From an uncultured Gemmatimonadaceae bacterium (GTDB taxonomy: Bacteria > Gemmatimonadota > Gemmatimonadetes > Gemmatimonadales > Gemmatimonadaceae), in NCBI GenBank assembly GCA_963829055.1, contig CAWHHI010000009.1:108042-172041 (forward strand): a DNA stretch of 64,000 nt, read 5' to 3'. The translations under genes and the position numbers were made by a program. Below are positions 51,862-62,409 of the stretch, one piece after another (position 1 is the first letter of the stretch; every line of letters begins with the position of its first letter). The notes beneath the pieces were generated by a model. It was not told the origin of the DNA. It ran no database searches and was given only the letters and a program-made list of their open reading frames with translations.

Positions 51862-52504
51862 ATGACGGAGGTCCCAATGCCAGACGAGGACACAAACATC
51901 GCACATCTCAGCGCCGAGCGGCTGGCGTCGTACATCGACGGCAACCTGACCCCGGCCGAGCATAACGCGGCGCTCGCGCACTTCGACGACTGCGCGGACT
52001 GCCGGCGCGAGATGACCGATGCGCGTCGCGTCATTGCCCTCGCACCTCCGGCGCGTGTCGGAACCTGCGCGAGCCCCGACGGCCTCGCGGCGCGTGCGAG
52101 TCTGGGTCGCCGCAGCGCTCGCGGCGGTGGTCGTCTTCGCCGTCGTCCCGACTGTGCTGCGCAACAGGAGTGGCCCTGACGGCGCCACTCGCGGACCGGA
52201 TCGCCTTCCTCAATCGGAGACTGTTTCCCAGTTGGCGACTGTAGCTCCGGTGGACGACGGTGCCATTACACCGGCAAGCGACTCGTTCGTGTGGCGGGCG
52301 GCGAGCGCGGACGCGGAATATCGGTTGCGGATCATGGACGCGACGGGCGGGATCGTGTGGAGCACGAGCACGGTCGACACTTCCGCTACGCTGCCCGCGA
52401 ATCTGCGCCTGCCACAGGGGAGCGAGTACTTCTGGTCCGTGGACGCACTCCTCGCTGACGGTCACTCGACGACGACGCGCGTTCATCACTTCACCATCCG
52501 GTGA
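51862..52504 (+). pseudogene. anti-sigma factor (zf-HC2 type, single TM), one frame offset ~52040
   Basis: ORF 51862..52179 contains HFDDCADCRREM. It continues in ORF 52019..52504 (RVWVAAALAAVVVFAVVPTVL transmembrane segment plus an extracytoplasmic domain). Its TGA overlaps the next start (TGATG). Confidence 0.65.
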
Positions 52505-55495
52505 TGCGCGCACTCTCGGCGAGTCTCGTGGCGAACGCTCTGACAGGCGTTCTACTGGTCGCCGCGTGTGCGGCCCCGCCCGATGCCACGACCACCGCGC
52601 CGGTCGGGACCACACCAGCGGTGAGTGGGCAGGGCGTGCCGGTCGCACTTCCTTCCGGCGTCGATTCGTTGCTGCGACATGCCGACTCGGTCTACCTGCG
52701 CGCGCCCGACAGCTCGACGGCGTTGTTCCAGATCGCGCTCGATCGCGCGAGCGCGTCGCGCGATTCGGCCGGCATCGCGCGAAGCCTCACCGGGCTGGGA
52801 CAGGCGGCACGACACGCCGGAGACTTCCGCGCGTCGCGCGACCTGAGCGAGCGTGCGCTCGCGCTGAAGCTGCGACTCGGCATGCGCGCTGATCTCTTCC
52901 GATCCTACAACGCGCTCGGCCTGCTCGCGCGCGATGAGGAAAGGCTCAGCGACGCATCCGCGATTCTTCCGAAAGCGGCTGAGGCGGCCCGGACCATCAA
53001 CGATTCCGTAGGCCTGGCCAAGGTGCAGGTCAACACCGGGCTCGTGCTGAGCGACCTCGGAGATTTCGACGGGGCGCGCGCGGCGTCGCTCGCTGGACGC
53101 GATGGGGCGCGAGCGGTGGGCGACACGGTCACGTTAGGGAGGGCGCTGACCAATCTCGCGGCCCTCGACATCACACTTGGCAATCCACTCCCGGCGGTTG
53201 CCACGCTCGACGCGGCGCGGCGTCTCTTCCGTGCAGCTGGCGACTCGATCGGCTGAAGTGAATGCCCTGGGTCAGGTCGCTGCAGCGTACGACGCGTTGG
53301 GCGACCCGCAGCGCGCATTCGCGGCGCTGGATAGTGCGTTAGGCATGGCGCGCCGGCTGGCGATGCGGGTCGAGGAGGCGGCCGATCTCAGGATCCTCGC
53401 CGACCTGTACCGGGATGCCGGGTATTACCAGCACGCGCTCGACGTGTACGCACGCGCCGCCGCGCTGAACGACTCGCTCGGCAAGCCCGAGGAGCGCGGT
53501 GATCTCCTCCGCAGCGAGGCGCAGGTGTACTTCGCCCTCGGCGGAACGGCGCGCGCTCGTGGACGGGCGTCGGAGGCGTTAGGCGTTCATCAGAAGGGCG
53601 GCTTTCGCTACCCGGAGCTCGTCGACCATCTGCTGCTGGCGGAGCTGGCGCAGCACGAGGCGCGATCATCCGAAGCAGAGGCGCATCTGCGGTCGGCGCG
53701 CGCCTTGTCCGCGGCGCTCGCGGCCAGCACCGCGAGCGCGCAGGTGGCCCTGTCTGAGGCGCGCGTTGCCGACGACGCGGGTCAGTCCGAGCGTGTGCTG
53801 CGCGTGCTCGAGCAGTCTCGGGGCGTCCTCGCCCAGGCGGGGAGCGGAGCCGAGGCGGAAGCGTCGGCGCTTGCCGCGCGCGCGTATGCGCGACTCGGAC
53901 AGCTCGACGCGGCGGCAGTCGCGGGGCGTCAGGCGGTCGATGCCGTCGAGCGCGTGCGCAAGAATTATGGATCGGGCGAGCTCAGGGCATCGTACGCGTC
54001 AGGCAGGGCGTCCGTGTACGCGGACCTCGTCGTCGTCCTGCTCAAGCTCGGCCGAACCGCCGAAGCCTTCGAGGTTGCCGACGCTGCGCGCGGTCGCGGG
54101 CTGCTGGAGCATCTGGCGACGTCGCGCACCGACGCTCGAACGGCGAGTGGTGCAGCGCAAACGCTCGCCGAATCCGAGCTGCTTCTGCGGCGCATCGACG
54201 AACTGATGGCCAAGCTGCAGGTGCGCGAGCAGACGGTCCCGCGAGAGCGCACGCCAGGGTACGTGGCGACCACGAAGGACCTCAACGACCGCCTTCGCCG
54301 GGCGCGCACCGAGTACGAGGAGATCCTCGCCCGACGCACGCCGGACGTGGCGGCGGCCAGGGCGCTGATCGGCGGCGGGCGTGCCGATGTTCGCGCCGTG
54401 CAGGCGAGCCTCGAGCCGGGTGAGCTCCTGCTCGAGTACTTCGTGACGCCGGCGCGGCTGTACATCTTCGCCGTCACGCGCACGGGCCTGACGAGTCTGA
54501 CGAATGAGGTGACCGCGGACGGTCTCGCGGCGCGCGTGCGTGTCGCGCGCGACCTCATGGGGGACCGCGCCGCCGATGACGCGCGAACCCGTCGCGTGCT
54601 CGGCGCGCTTCACGCGATTCTGCTCGGGCCCGTCGCGGCATCGGGTGCGTTGCGCGACGTCCGCCGGATCATCGTCGTGTCGCACTCCGTGTTGACCTAC
54701 CTCCCGTTCGCGGCCCTGGTGGATACCGCCACCGGCCGCTACGTGACGGAGGACTATGCGGTGGCGCACGTGCCGTCGGCGGCGGCGCTCCCGGTGCTTC
54801 GCGCGTCGGGGTCACGCGCAGTGCGCACGGTGGCAGCGCCGGCCGAGGTGTTCGCGCCGTTTCCCGATGCGCTGCCGGCAACGCCGGCGGAGGCGCGGAC
54901 CTTCCGGCGGTCGGTGCCCGGAGCAGTGGCGCACGTGGGGAGTGCGGCGACGGAGGGTCGGCTGCGCAGCGCGCTCGCGTCGGGCGCCGTCGTGCACGTG
55001 GCGACGCACGGGGTGATGAATGCACTCAACCCGCTGTTCTCGCGGCTCGAGCTGGCGACGAACGAGGCCGGTGCCAGCGACGACAACGGCCGGCTCGAGG
55101 TGCACGAGCTGCTCGAGCTTCACTTCGAGAGTCCGCTCGTCTTCCTCTCCGGCTGCGAGACCGGGCTCGGCGCGTCGTGGTCGACGCAGTTCGAGACGGG
55201 GCAGGATTACACGACGATCGCGCAGGCGCTGCTCTTCGCCGGCGCGCGCAACGTGGTGGCAACGCTCTGGCGCATCGACGACGAAGGCGCCGCGGAGTTC
55301 GCGAGGAAGTTCTATGCTGCGCGGCAGACGCTCGGAGCGCCCGAGGCACTCGCGCGGGCGCAGCGCGAGATGATCACCGATCCGCGCTGGCGAAGTCCGT
55401 ACCTGTGGGCGGCGTACGAGGTCAGTGGTGGAGGTCTCGAGGGGTTCCGTCCGTCACAGGCGTCAAAGATCAAAGTCTCGTTAGGAGTCCGTTGA
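52504..55495 (+). pseudogene. TPR-repeat + CHAT (caspase-like) domain protein, one frame offset ~53245
   Basis: ORF 52501..53256 (signal/lipobox LLVAAC, TPR-like repeats) continues in ORF 53177..55495. The CHAT catalytic context is VVHVATHGVMN ... LVFLSGCETG. Confidence 0.75.
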
Positions 55496-55606
55496 ACCGA
55501 GGTGATCGCGACTCGACCGAGTTGACTCGACGCACCCGAACCGACACACCAACGCACACGAGGGAGTGCATCATGCCCCGCAGATCGGACGGTTTCGCTT
55601 CACCTC

Positions 55607-56637
55607 ATGTCAGGCCGGGTGTCGTTTCCGCTCGGCGGGATGCTGTTGCTGTGCGTGATGGCTGCGTGCGTTGCCGATGAGCCTACGGCGTCGCGGCCGA
55701 CTCCGGGTGTGAGCCTCGGGAAAGCGCCGCCACCGTCTGTCACCGTCACGTCCACCGACCCGACGTACGCCTTTCAGGGCGACTCGGTGCTGACGGTGCA
55801 CGTGAAGGGAATCGGGATTTACCGCGGGCGCACATACGTCGTGGCCGGTCAACGGCGATACGACGCACGTGCACGAGATCAGCACGACGTACGTGAGCCC
55901 GACGGAGGTCGTCTCGACGATCAAGGTGGACCTCAACGCGCCGACGGCGCTGTACGATGTCGTGGTGACGCTCGTTGGTGGGAAGAAGGGAGTGGGCGCG
56001 GAGCTGTTTGCCGTCAAGTCAGTGAACGAGCGCCAGCAGTTGCCGATCCCGATCGCGGTGACCGTGGACGACGCGGGCGCGCTCGGAGCCGTACAGGATT
56101 CGGAGCGACGGATTGGGTGAGTATGTCGACGGACAGCCGGGATGACGGCGTTTATCGACCAATTCGGGAATCTGCAGATCTCGCCTAACAACGGCCAAGC
56201 GACGACGCCGGCACAGCGCAGCCTGGTCTTCGACTTCAGCGTGCCGGCCGACCCGCTCAACACGTATCGCCCCGATGTGTCGGGTCAGACCAACTTCAAG
56301 ATCCTGACGAACAATGTCGGGCTACCCGAGGATTCAGGACCTCGGGGTGAATGGCATTCCGTCTTCGGGGTGCTATCGCCTGACGTTCTCGTTCCGGAAC
56401 GTTACGACGCACTATCCAGCGTCGATTTCAACACGAGCATCAACGCGCAGGCTGCTTTCGTGCTCATCACGCGAACCAGCGCTTCGACGTGGACTGTCGT
56501 GCCAGGATGCGTCGTGCGGCGCGCATCCGACCTGGGGCGCGTTCAGGAGCCAGGATCTTCACGAGCAAGAACGCGCCGGTCGTAGCCCCGTGGGAACTAC
56601 AGCCTGCCGTTCTCGATACGGATTCGCGAAGTTGTAG
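55607..56637 (+). pseudogene. hypothetical lipoprotein (Ig/TIG-like beta-rich), at least 4 frame disruptions; 3' end uncertain
   Basis: ORF 55607..56188 begins with the lipobox LLLCVMAAC. Collinear beta-rich pieces lie in ORFs 55869..56120, 56142..56585 and 56314..56637. Confidence 0.4.
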
Positions 56638-56699
56638 CGGCTCGCGGTCGAAGCACCTGGGAAACGCGCGGCACCGAAAGACGGTGTCGCGCGTTCTTC

Positions 56700-57661
56700 G
56701 TTAGGCGCCGGCGGCTGAGGATCCGTGATTCCCGCCTTCACGAGCGCGAGGCCGAACGCCCATTGCCCGTCCGCCGTCGCAATGCTCAGCGCGCCCGCCC
56801 GCATTTGCTGGTAGATCTCACAGGAGCGAGAGCGTCGAGTCGAGCGTCTCCGCTCCGGTTGCACCGCCGTGCCCGCCCTGTCGCGCCAGGTGCATGAATG
56901 CCGCGCCGCAGAGCACTCCCACCACACGCCGGTCGTACACGAACCGCGCGGGAAGCGCAGCGAACGAATTGCCAGCGTATGCCGAGAGCAGCTCGACGGC
57001 AGGTTGCTTCATCCATGCGGAGGAACAGCGAAGCGGCCGCGAGATCGTAGTACGGATCGTTAGGCCCCGCGGTATCCCAGTCGAGCAGCACGAGATGCTC
57101 GCCGTCGTACACGAGGTTCGTCGGATTGACGTCGTTGTGGCTCAGCACCGGCGCGCGGTCGCTCGGCGTCGGGTCCTCCTCGAGCACGCGTCGCACGGCG
57201 TCGCTGAAGAACGCAGGCACGGCGAAGCCCGCCAGCGGTCCGTGCCAGATAGTCGCGAGAAACTCTCGCGGGTCCAGCGCATCCGCGTCGAGCGGCAACG
57301 GGATGTCGTGAATGCGGCGCACCGTCTGGCCAAGCAGCGCGATGGCCGCGTCGTGCGTGCGTGGGTCCCAGTAGTACGCCGGAAACGATCGGTCCGCGAC
57401 GAACGCGCTCAGCACGGCGCGCCGATCCTCGTCGACGTGGATGATGCGCGGCGCCACGCCCGCGTCCGCGGCGAGTCGCTGGATGTGAAGCTTGCGACTC
57501 CATGCCGCGAGTGGTTCACCCTCGCGCGCGACCTTCATCACGAACGTCTGTCCGCTGGCGTCAACGCGATACACGCCCGCGCCGGAGAGTCCCGCGGCAA
57601 TCTTCGTGATCGTGGTGGTGTCGCCGCGGAGTTCGGCGGGCAGGCAGGCTTCGAGGGTCAC
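56700..57661 (-). pseudogene. APH/choline-kinase-fold phosphotransferase, 2 frame disruptions; 3' end uncertain
   Basis: ORF 56786..57661 contains GLSGAGVYRV, VLSHNDVNPTNLVYDGEHLVLLDWDTAG (Brenner motif and DxD). The C-terminal continuations lie in ORFs 56818..57012 and 56559..56927. Confidence 0.65.
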
Positions 57662-57783
57662 GATTGACTCTGGCGCATGGTTGCGGTCAGCGGGCGTGGG
57701 TGCCTCATCCGTCGGAGGCAGACCTAGCTCGCCCGCGTTAGGACGAGGAGCGGTTTCAGGGCGTGCGCCGGGCTAGCGAAGAG

Positions 57784-58011
57784 CTACGCCGCCGGGTCGG
57801 CGATCAACCGACGTTCGCGGTCTGCCGCGAACGCGAGCGCAGCCCGGATGTCCTCGCGCTCAAGATCGGGAAAGTCGGCGAGGATCTGGTCCTCGCTCAT
57901 GCCAGCAGCGAGGTAATCCAGGATGTCGTAGACAGTAATGCGAAGACCGCGGATGCAGGGTTTTCCGCTCCGCTTTCCCGGCTCTATCGTAATTCGCTCG
58001 CGGTAGTCCAT
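57784..58011 (-). CDS. DUF433-domain protein (antitoxin-like), no partner gene
   Basis: Intact 75-aa ORF. ITIEPGKRSGKPCIRGLRITVYDILDYLAAGMSEDQILADFPDLEREDIRAAL is the typical DUF433 sequence. Confidence 0.75.
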   Translation of the reverse strand: MDYRERITIEPGKRSGKPCIRGLRITVYDILDYLAAGMSEDQILADFPDLEREDIRAALAFAADRERRLIADPAA

Positions 58012-58067
58012 TCCTGAGAGTACGGCCGTCGGAGGACGCAGGCAAGAACGGGCGCCCTTGGCTCCGC

Positions 58068-58239
58068 GTCATTCCGAGCGGAGGCTTGTCATTCCGAGCG
58101 AGCGGAGCGAGTCGAGGAATCGCGATCGTCCCGATAGAGGGCCCTCTACCGGGACGAGTCGCGATTCCTCGACTCGCCGCTTCGCGGCCTTCGCTCGGAA
58201 TGACATGGTTCCTCGCCTGCGGCCTCCGCTCGGAATGAC
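58068..58239. repeat. full-length REP/MITE-like inverted repeat (double GTCATTCCGAGCG arms around the perfect palindrome TAGAGGGCCCTCTA)
   Basis: The left arms start at 58068 and 58088 and the right arms (CGCTCGGAATGAC) end at 58204 and 58239. The centre is 58135..58148. The tail GGCCTCCTTCCTGAGGCCTC (58255..58274) is also found at 8190..8209. Confidence 0.7.
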
Positions 58240-58275
58240 ACTGCTCCTTCCTATGGCCTCCTTCCTGAGGCCTCG

Positions 58276-59161
58276 TTAGGCCTCGTTGCCGATTGCCAGC
58301 GGATCGACATCGAGCGTGCCGTGACTCACCGGCCAGACCTCGCCCCTAACGAGAAGATTCCCATCACCATCCTGGACGACCGTGAGCTTGCTTGGCCGTC
58401 CGGCGAACCGCCCCTGCGCAATCTCGATCGGAACGCCTGCCTCAGCGAGACCGCGTGCTACCAGATACGCCGCGGCGGGACCGGCGGCGCTGCCCGTCGC
58501 GACGTCTTCCACGAGCCCGAGGTTGTCCCACGTTCTCATCTCACGACCATCGACGGCGAGAACCAGTGGAAACTTTGCGCCTAACGTTTCGAGCTGCGAT
58601 TCGAAATCGGTCCCGCGGATTTTCGCTCTCCCCAACGCCGCCGGCGAGAGAGGGACGATCAGATACGGTAAGCCAGTGGAGATGACCTGGGCGTCCATTC
58701 CACTGGCCACATCGCTTTCGTCGAGCCCGAGCCGCGACAGGATCGGCGCCAACGCGCGGCTCGAAATGGGAGCCCCAACGACCGGCTTCCCCTGATTCAT
58801 CTCGCACACGTAATGCGTGCCCACCTTCGTCGTCGTGACCGCAAGGTCGCCGTGCGGAACCGAGATCACCCACGAGCAGAACTTCTTCACCGGGGCCTGA
58901 GTGCGGTGCAGTACCGCCGCTGCTCCGAGCACAGGGTGCCCCGCGAACGGCAACTCTTCCTCCACCGTGAAGATCCGCGCCTTCGCTCCCATAGCCGAGA
59001 TGCTCGAGAGGAATATGGATTCGAATTGCTTGGTCTCCTGCGTCAGCCGTTGCATGACTGACGCCGGCCAACGCTCCGTGTTCAGGAACACGGTCAGTCC
59101 GTTTCCGGTGAGCGGGCCTGTCGCGAACACATTCGACGTGGAACAGCGTCGGAGATGGCAT
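58276..59161 (-). pseudogene. PhzF-family isomerase/epimerase, one frame offset ~59130 near the N-terminus
   Basis: ORF 58276..59130 contains FATGPLTGNGLTVF, FAGHPVLGAAAVL and ATGSAAGPAAAYL. The first 10 codons (MPSPTLFHVE) lie in the frame of ORF 58541..59161. Confidence 0.75.
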
Positions 59162-59194
59162 GGTGATGGTTATGGCCGCGAAGGCGGGGCCGAG

Positions 59195-59659
59195 TTATGC
59201 GCCGACGGTGGGCGACGCCGGAATCGCGCCGATTTGCTGCAGCAGCGACAGCACATCGAGGTGATGGTGGATCTCGCGGGCGCGACCATCGGCGATGGTG
59301 TGCCAGAGCGTCCCTCGTACGCGGATTCGCTTCCCCGACGGCGGCACCACGCCGCCGGGCGTCGCGAGCGGACCGCGGTGTGTCCCCTCCCAGAGGATCT
59401 CCTGCGCCACACGCTGCCCGCTGGCGACCGTCGCCTGAACGGTGCCGCGTGCGTCGGGCAGGGTCTCCTTCCATCCCTGGCAGAGGCGGACGTACTCGTC
59501 CGCGCCATCGACACGGCGCTGCGTCCCGGTCTCCTCGTACACGACATCGGGGTGCAGCGTCGCGCGCAGACGCTCCCAGTTGCCGACGTTGAACGCCTCC
59601 ACTAACTCGGTGGCGACGGCGGTGGTGTCACCGGACTGCTTGGATTGCGTGGTCGTCAT
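59195..59659 (-). CDS. SnoaL-like / ester-cyclase (NTF2-fold) protein
   Basis: ATG 59659 is preceded by AGGAGGGA. ELVEAFNVGNWERLRATLHPDVVYEE...ILWEGTHRGPLATPGG matches the ester-cyclase family pattern. Intact. Confidence 0.75.
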   Translation of the reverse strand: MTTTQSKQSGDTTAVATELVEAFNVGNWERLRATLHPDVVYEETGTQRRVDGADEYVRLCQGWKETLPDARGTVQATVASGQRVAQEILWEGTHRGPLATPGGVVPPSGKRIRVRGTLWHTIADGRAREIHHHLDVLSLLQQIGAIPASPTVGA

Positions 59660-59895
59660 GGCTCCCTCCTGTTGATTCGTGGCCACGAACGCCCGCAAAA
59701 CGCGGGTGAAACAGCATGTGATTTCTCGCTGGACGCGGCAAGGGACACGCGCCCCGGGCGGCCTGAGCCGCGCCAACCGGAACCGCCCGCGTCCGCCGTG
59801 ATGTGGCGCAGGAGTGCCCGAGATGGAGCCGTGACCGAGCGTGGCCACGAGCGATGCGCCCGCGCCGGCGGCCAATACCGGGATGGTGATCATTG

Positions 59896-62238
59896 CTACC
59901 CCTTCGGACGCAGCAGCTCGCGGAACGACGGCTGCCCACCGAGCAGTGCAAGGTCAATGTCGGTGTGCAGGTCGATGCCATAGCAATGGCCTCGCGCGAA
60001 TGCGCCGCGGAGCGCGGAGATCGCCTGATCCGAGTCGCCGAGGATGGCGAGCACCCGGGCACTGCACACTAACTGGAGCCCGAACCGGAACCGCCCCTTT
60101 TTCGACTGCAGCGTCTGCAGCGTGCCCCTCGCCGTCACGTCGTCGCCGAGGCGGGCGGCGATCGTACCCGTTAGGCCGATGATCTCGAGGTCCTCCGGCA
60201 ACTCGGCGGCGAGCTCGCGCGCCACCCTCGCGGCATTGGTCCACTGGCCGGCTTCGCAGTAGGCATGTGCGAGGGCGTGGCGATCACGGGCGCCGGGACG
60301 CCCGCCTGGTCGCTGCTGCTGGTCGGCGTACCATGCGATCGCTCGCTGCGCCAACGCGATCGCTTCGGCCGCGTGACCATGCGCGCGCAGTTCCCGGGTC
60401 GCATCGAGCATGACGTCCCCAGCGTCCGCGAATCGATCCGGTGGAAACGCGCACGCCTCGTCGATGCAGCGACTCACGGCCTCGAGGTTCCCGACGGCCG
60501 CGTAGGCGCGGGTCTCGTACAGCACCGCGCTGATTGCTTCCGGGTGATGCGCGCGCCCACGCTGCGCGGCCTCGAGCTCGCGATCGTGCTCGCCCAGCAT
60601 GTGATAGGCTTCGGTCAGCCGACGCCAGTGCGGAGTCCAGGAGGGAATCCACCCCTGGCCGGGGTCGAGCCGCGTTAGGGCTTCGACCGCCGCCTGCGGA
60701 TGATTGCAGAAGAGCGCCTGCCGGCCGAGTTGCGAGAGCACCTCCGAGTTGGGCACCTGCGCCGCCGCGAGCCGCACGATTCTGAGCGCCGCGCCTTGCT
60801 GGCCGTCGAGACACGCCGTGTAGTACTCGCACGCGAGCTTCTCCAATGTCGAGAGGTTCCCTCCACGGGAACGCGCGGTCAGCTCGGTCAGGATCGCCTC
60901 CGCCTGCTCCCATTCGCCGAGGTTGCAGCTCGCCTGCATCGCCCACAGCGCCGCGAACGTGAAGCCTTCGCGGGCGCGTGCGGCGCGGAGCAGGTGCGGA
61001 ATTGCCGTGCGGAAGTCGCCGCGGAGATGGAGCTCGACGCCTAACGCCAGCTCGAGGTGCGCATCGACGTCCGGCGCCTGCGCGACGGCGTCAGCCAGCG
61101 ACGCGAATCGCGGATCGAAGCGCCCTGCCAGCGCGCCGCAGACGCGCCGGCGCAGCTCGTCGGCCGCGTCCCACGGCTGCAGGCGCGGCGCGGCCACGTC
61201 GCCCACGGTGTCGAGCACGCGGCCGCCGGGGTCGCTGACCTTCGCCTGGAAGCACCACGAGTCCCCGCGGAGGAAGTATGAACCGGTAACGACGAAGCCA
61301 GCGTTTGGCAGCGTGGCGCCCAACCCGCTCGCGTGGTCCGTCGTCACGACGGCGACCGTCCGACTCCGGACGAGCCCCTCAGCGATGGCGTCGCACACCA
61401 GGCGCCCGACGTAGTCCGACGACGGATCGCCGCCGAGGTTCACCAGCGGCGCGATGGTCACGCGCGGTGGATCCGGCGCGGCGGCGACCTCACTGGCAGC
61501 GTGATGAACGCCTGGGCGGGCCCGCGTGCGGATCGCCTCGATCAGCGCTTTCGTATCGCTCGCGGGCTCATCCCCCGTCGCGCGCTCGAGACGCTGCGCG
61601 AAGGCAGTGTAGGCCTCCAGCGCGGCCGCCGTGTCGCCCACGCGGTCCAGCAGCGTGACCAGCTGACGCAGTCCCGCCTCGTCGTCGATGCCTAACGACG
61701 TAGCCCAGCGGGCGCTCTCGACTGCGCCCGCCGCGTCGCCTGCGCGCTCGCGTCGGTCGGCGAGCGCCCAGGCCGCCCGCGTAGCGCGTCGGCGAAGGAA
61801 CACGCGCATGTCCTCGAGCCACCGATCGAACTCCGGCGCGCCCTCGAGGGCGAATCCGGGAAGCAGGTCGCCGCCATAGAGCGCCATCGCCTCGTCGAGC
61901 GCGCCGCGCGAGAGCGCCGCCTCGAACGCACGGGCGTCGCACCACAGGCGAGATTCGTCCGCAGCCAGCATGTCCGTGCCGCGCGACAGCACGACATCCG
62001 CGCCGAGCGCCCGCCGCAGCTGGTGTACCGCCTGACGCAACGCATTGCGAGCGCCCGACTCGGTAAGCTCAGGCCAGAAGAGCGGAAGCAGGAGGTCGCG
62101 CCGCTGGAAGCCGGTCGTACCCGTCATCGCCAGGTAGGCGAGTAGCGCGAGTCGCTTGGGCTGTACGAGGACAGCCGTGACTTCGCACCCGTGGGGATCG
62201 CGCAGGTCCATCTGGCCGAGCACGCGCAGACGGAACAT
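59896..62238 (-). CDS. winged-helix + BTAD (SARP/AfsR-like) transcriptional regulator with large TPR-like C-terminal region
   Basis: Intact 780-aa ORF. The N-terminus is MFRLRVLGQMDLRD..VQPKRLALLAYLA...ARNALRQAVHQLRRALG, followed by a BTAD-like segment (DARAFEAAL...ALYGGDLLPGF...FDRWLE). Confidence 0.8.
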   Translation of the reverse strand: MFRLRVLGQMDLRDPHGCEVTAVLVQPKRLALLAYLAMTGTTGFQRRDLLLPLFWPELTESGARNALRQAVHQLRRALGADVVLSRGTDMLAADESRLWCDARAFEAALSRGALDEAMALYGGDLLPGFALEGAPEFDRWLEDMRVFLRRRATRAAWALADRRERAGDAAGAVESARWATSLGIDDEAGLRQLVTLLDRVGDTAAALEAYTAFAQRLERATGDEPASDTKALIEAIRTRARPGVHHAASEVAAAPDPPRVTIAPLVNLGGDPSSDYVGRLVCDAIAEGLVRSRTVAVVTTDHASGLGATLPNAGFVVTGSYFLRGDSWCFQAKVSDPGGRVLDTVGDVAAPRLQPWDAADELRRRVCGALAGRFDPRFASLADAVAQAPDVDAHLELALGVELHLRGDFRTAIPHLLRAARAREGFTFAALWAMQASCNLGEWEQAEAILTELTARSRGGNLSTLEKLACEYYTACLDGQQGAALRIVRLAAAQVPNSEVLSQLGRQALFCNHPQAAVEALTRLDPGQGWIPSWTPHWRRLTEAYHMLGEHDRELEAAQRGRAHHPEAISAVLYETRAYAAVGNLEAVSRCIDEACAFPPDRFADAGDVMLDATRELRAHGHAAEAIALAQRAIAWYADQQQRPGGRPGARDRHALAHAYCEAGQWTNAARVARELAAELPEDLEIIGLTGTIAARLGDDVTARGTLQTLQSKKGRFRFGLQLVCSARVLAILGDSDQAISALRGAFARGHCYGIDLHTDIDLALLGGQPSFRELLRPKG

Positions 62239-62409
62239 GGACGCCTCGCGAGATGACGGTCTCGAAACGTGCGGTTGACGCCGCCCGGCGCATGGCGTGT
62301 GGCGAACATACGAGTGCCTACACCCCCGTGCAACTTCGCTGCGATGATAGAAGACGGACGGCGTGACTGAGTTCCGCCACGCCGCCCGTGTGATCGTCGG
62401 CCTTCCGAT

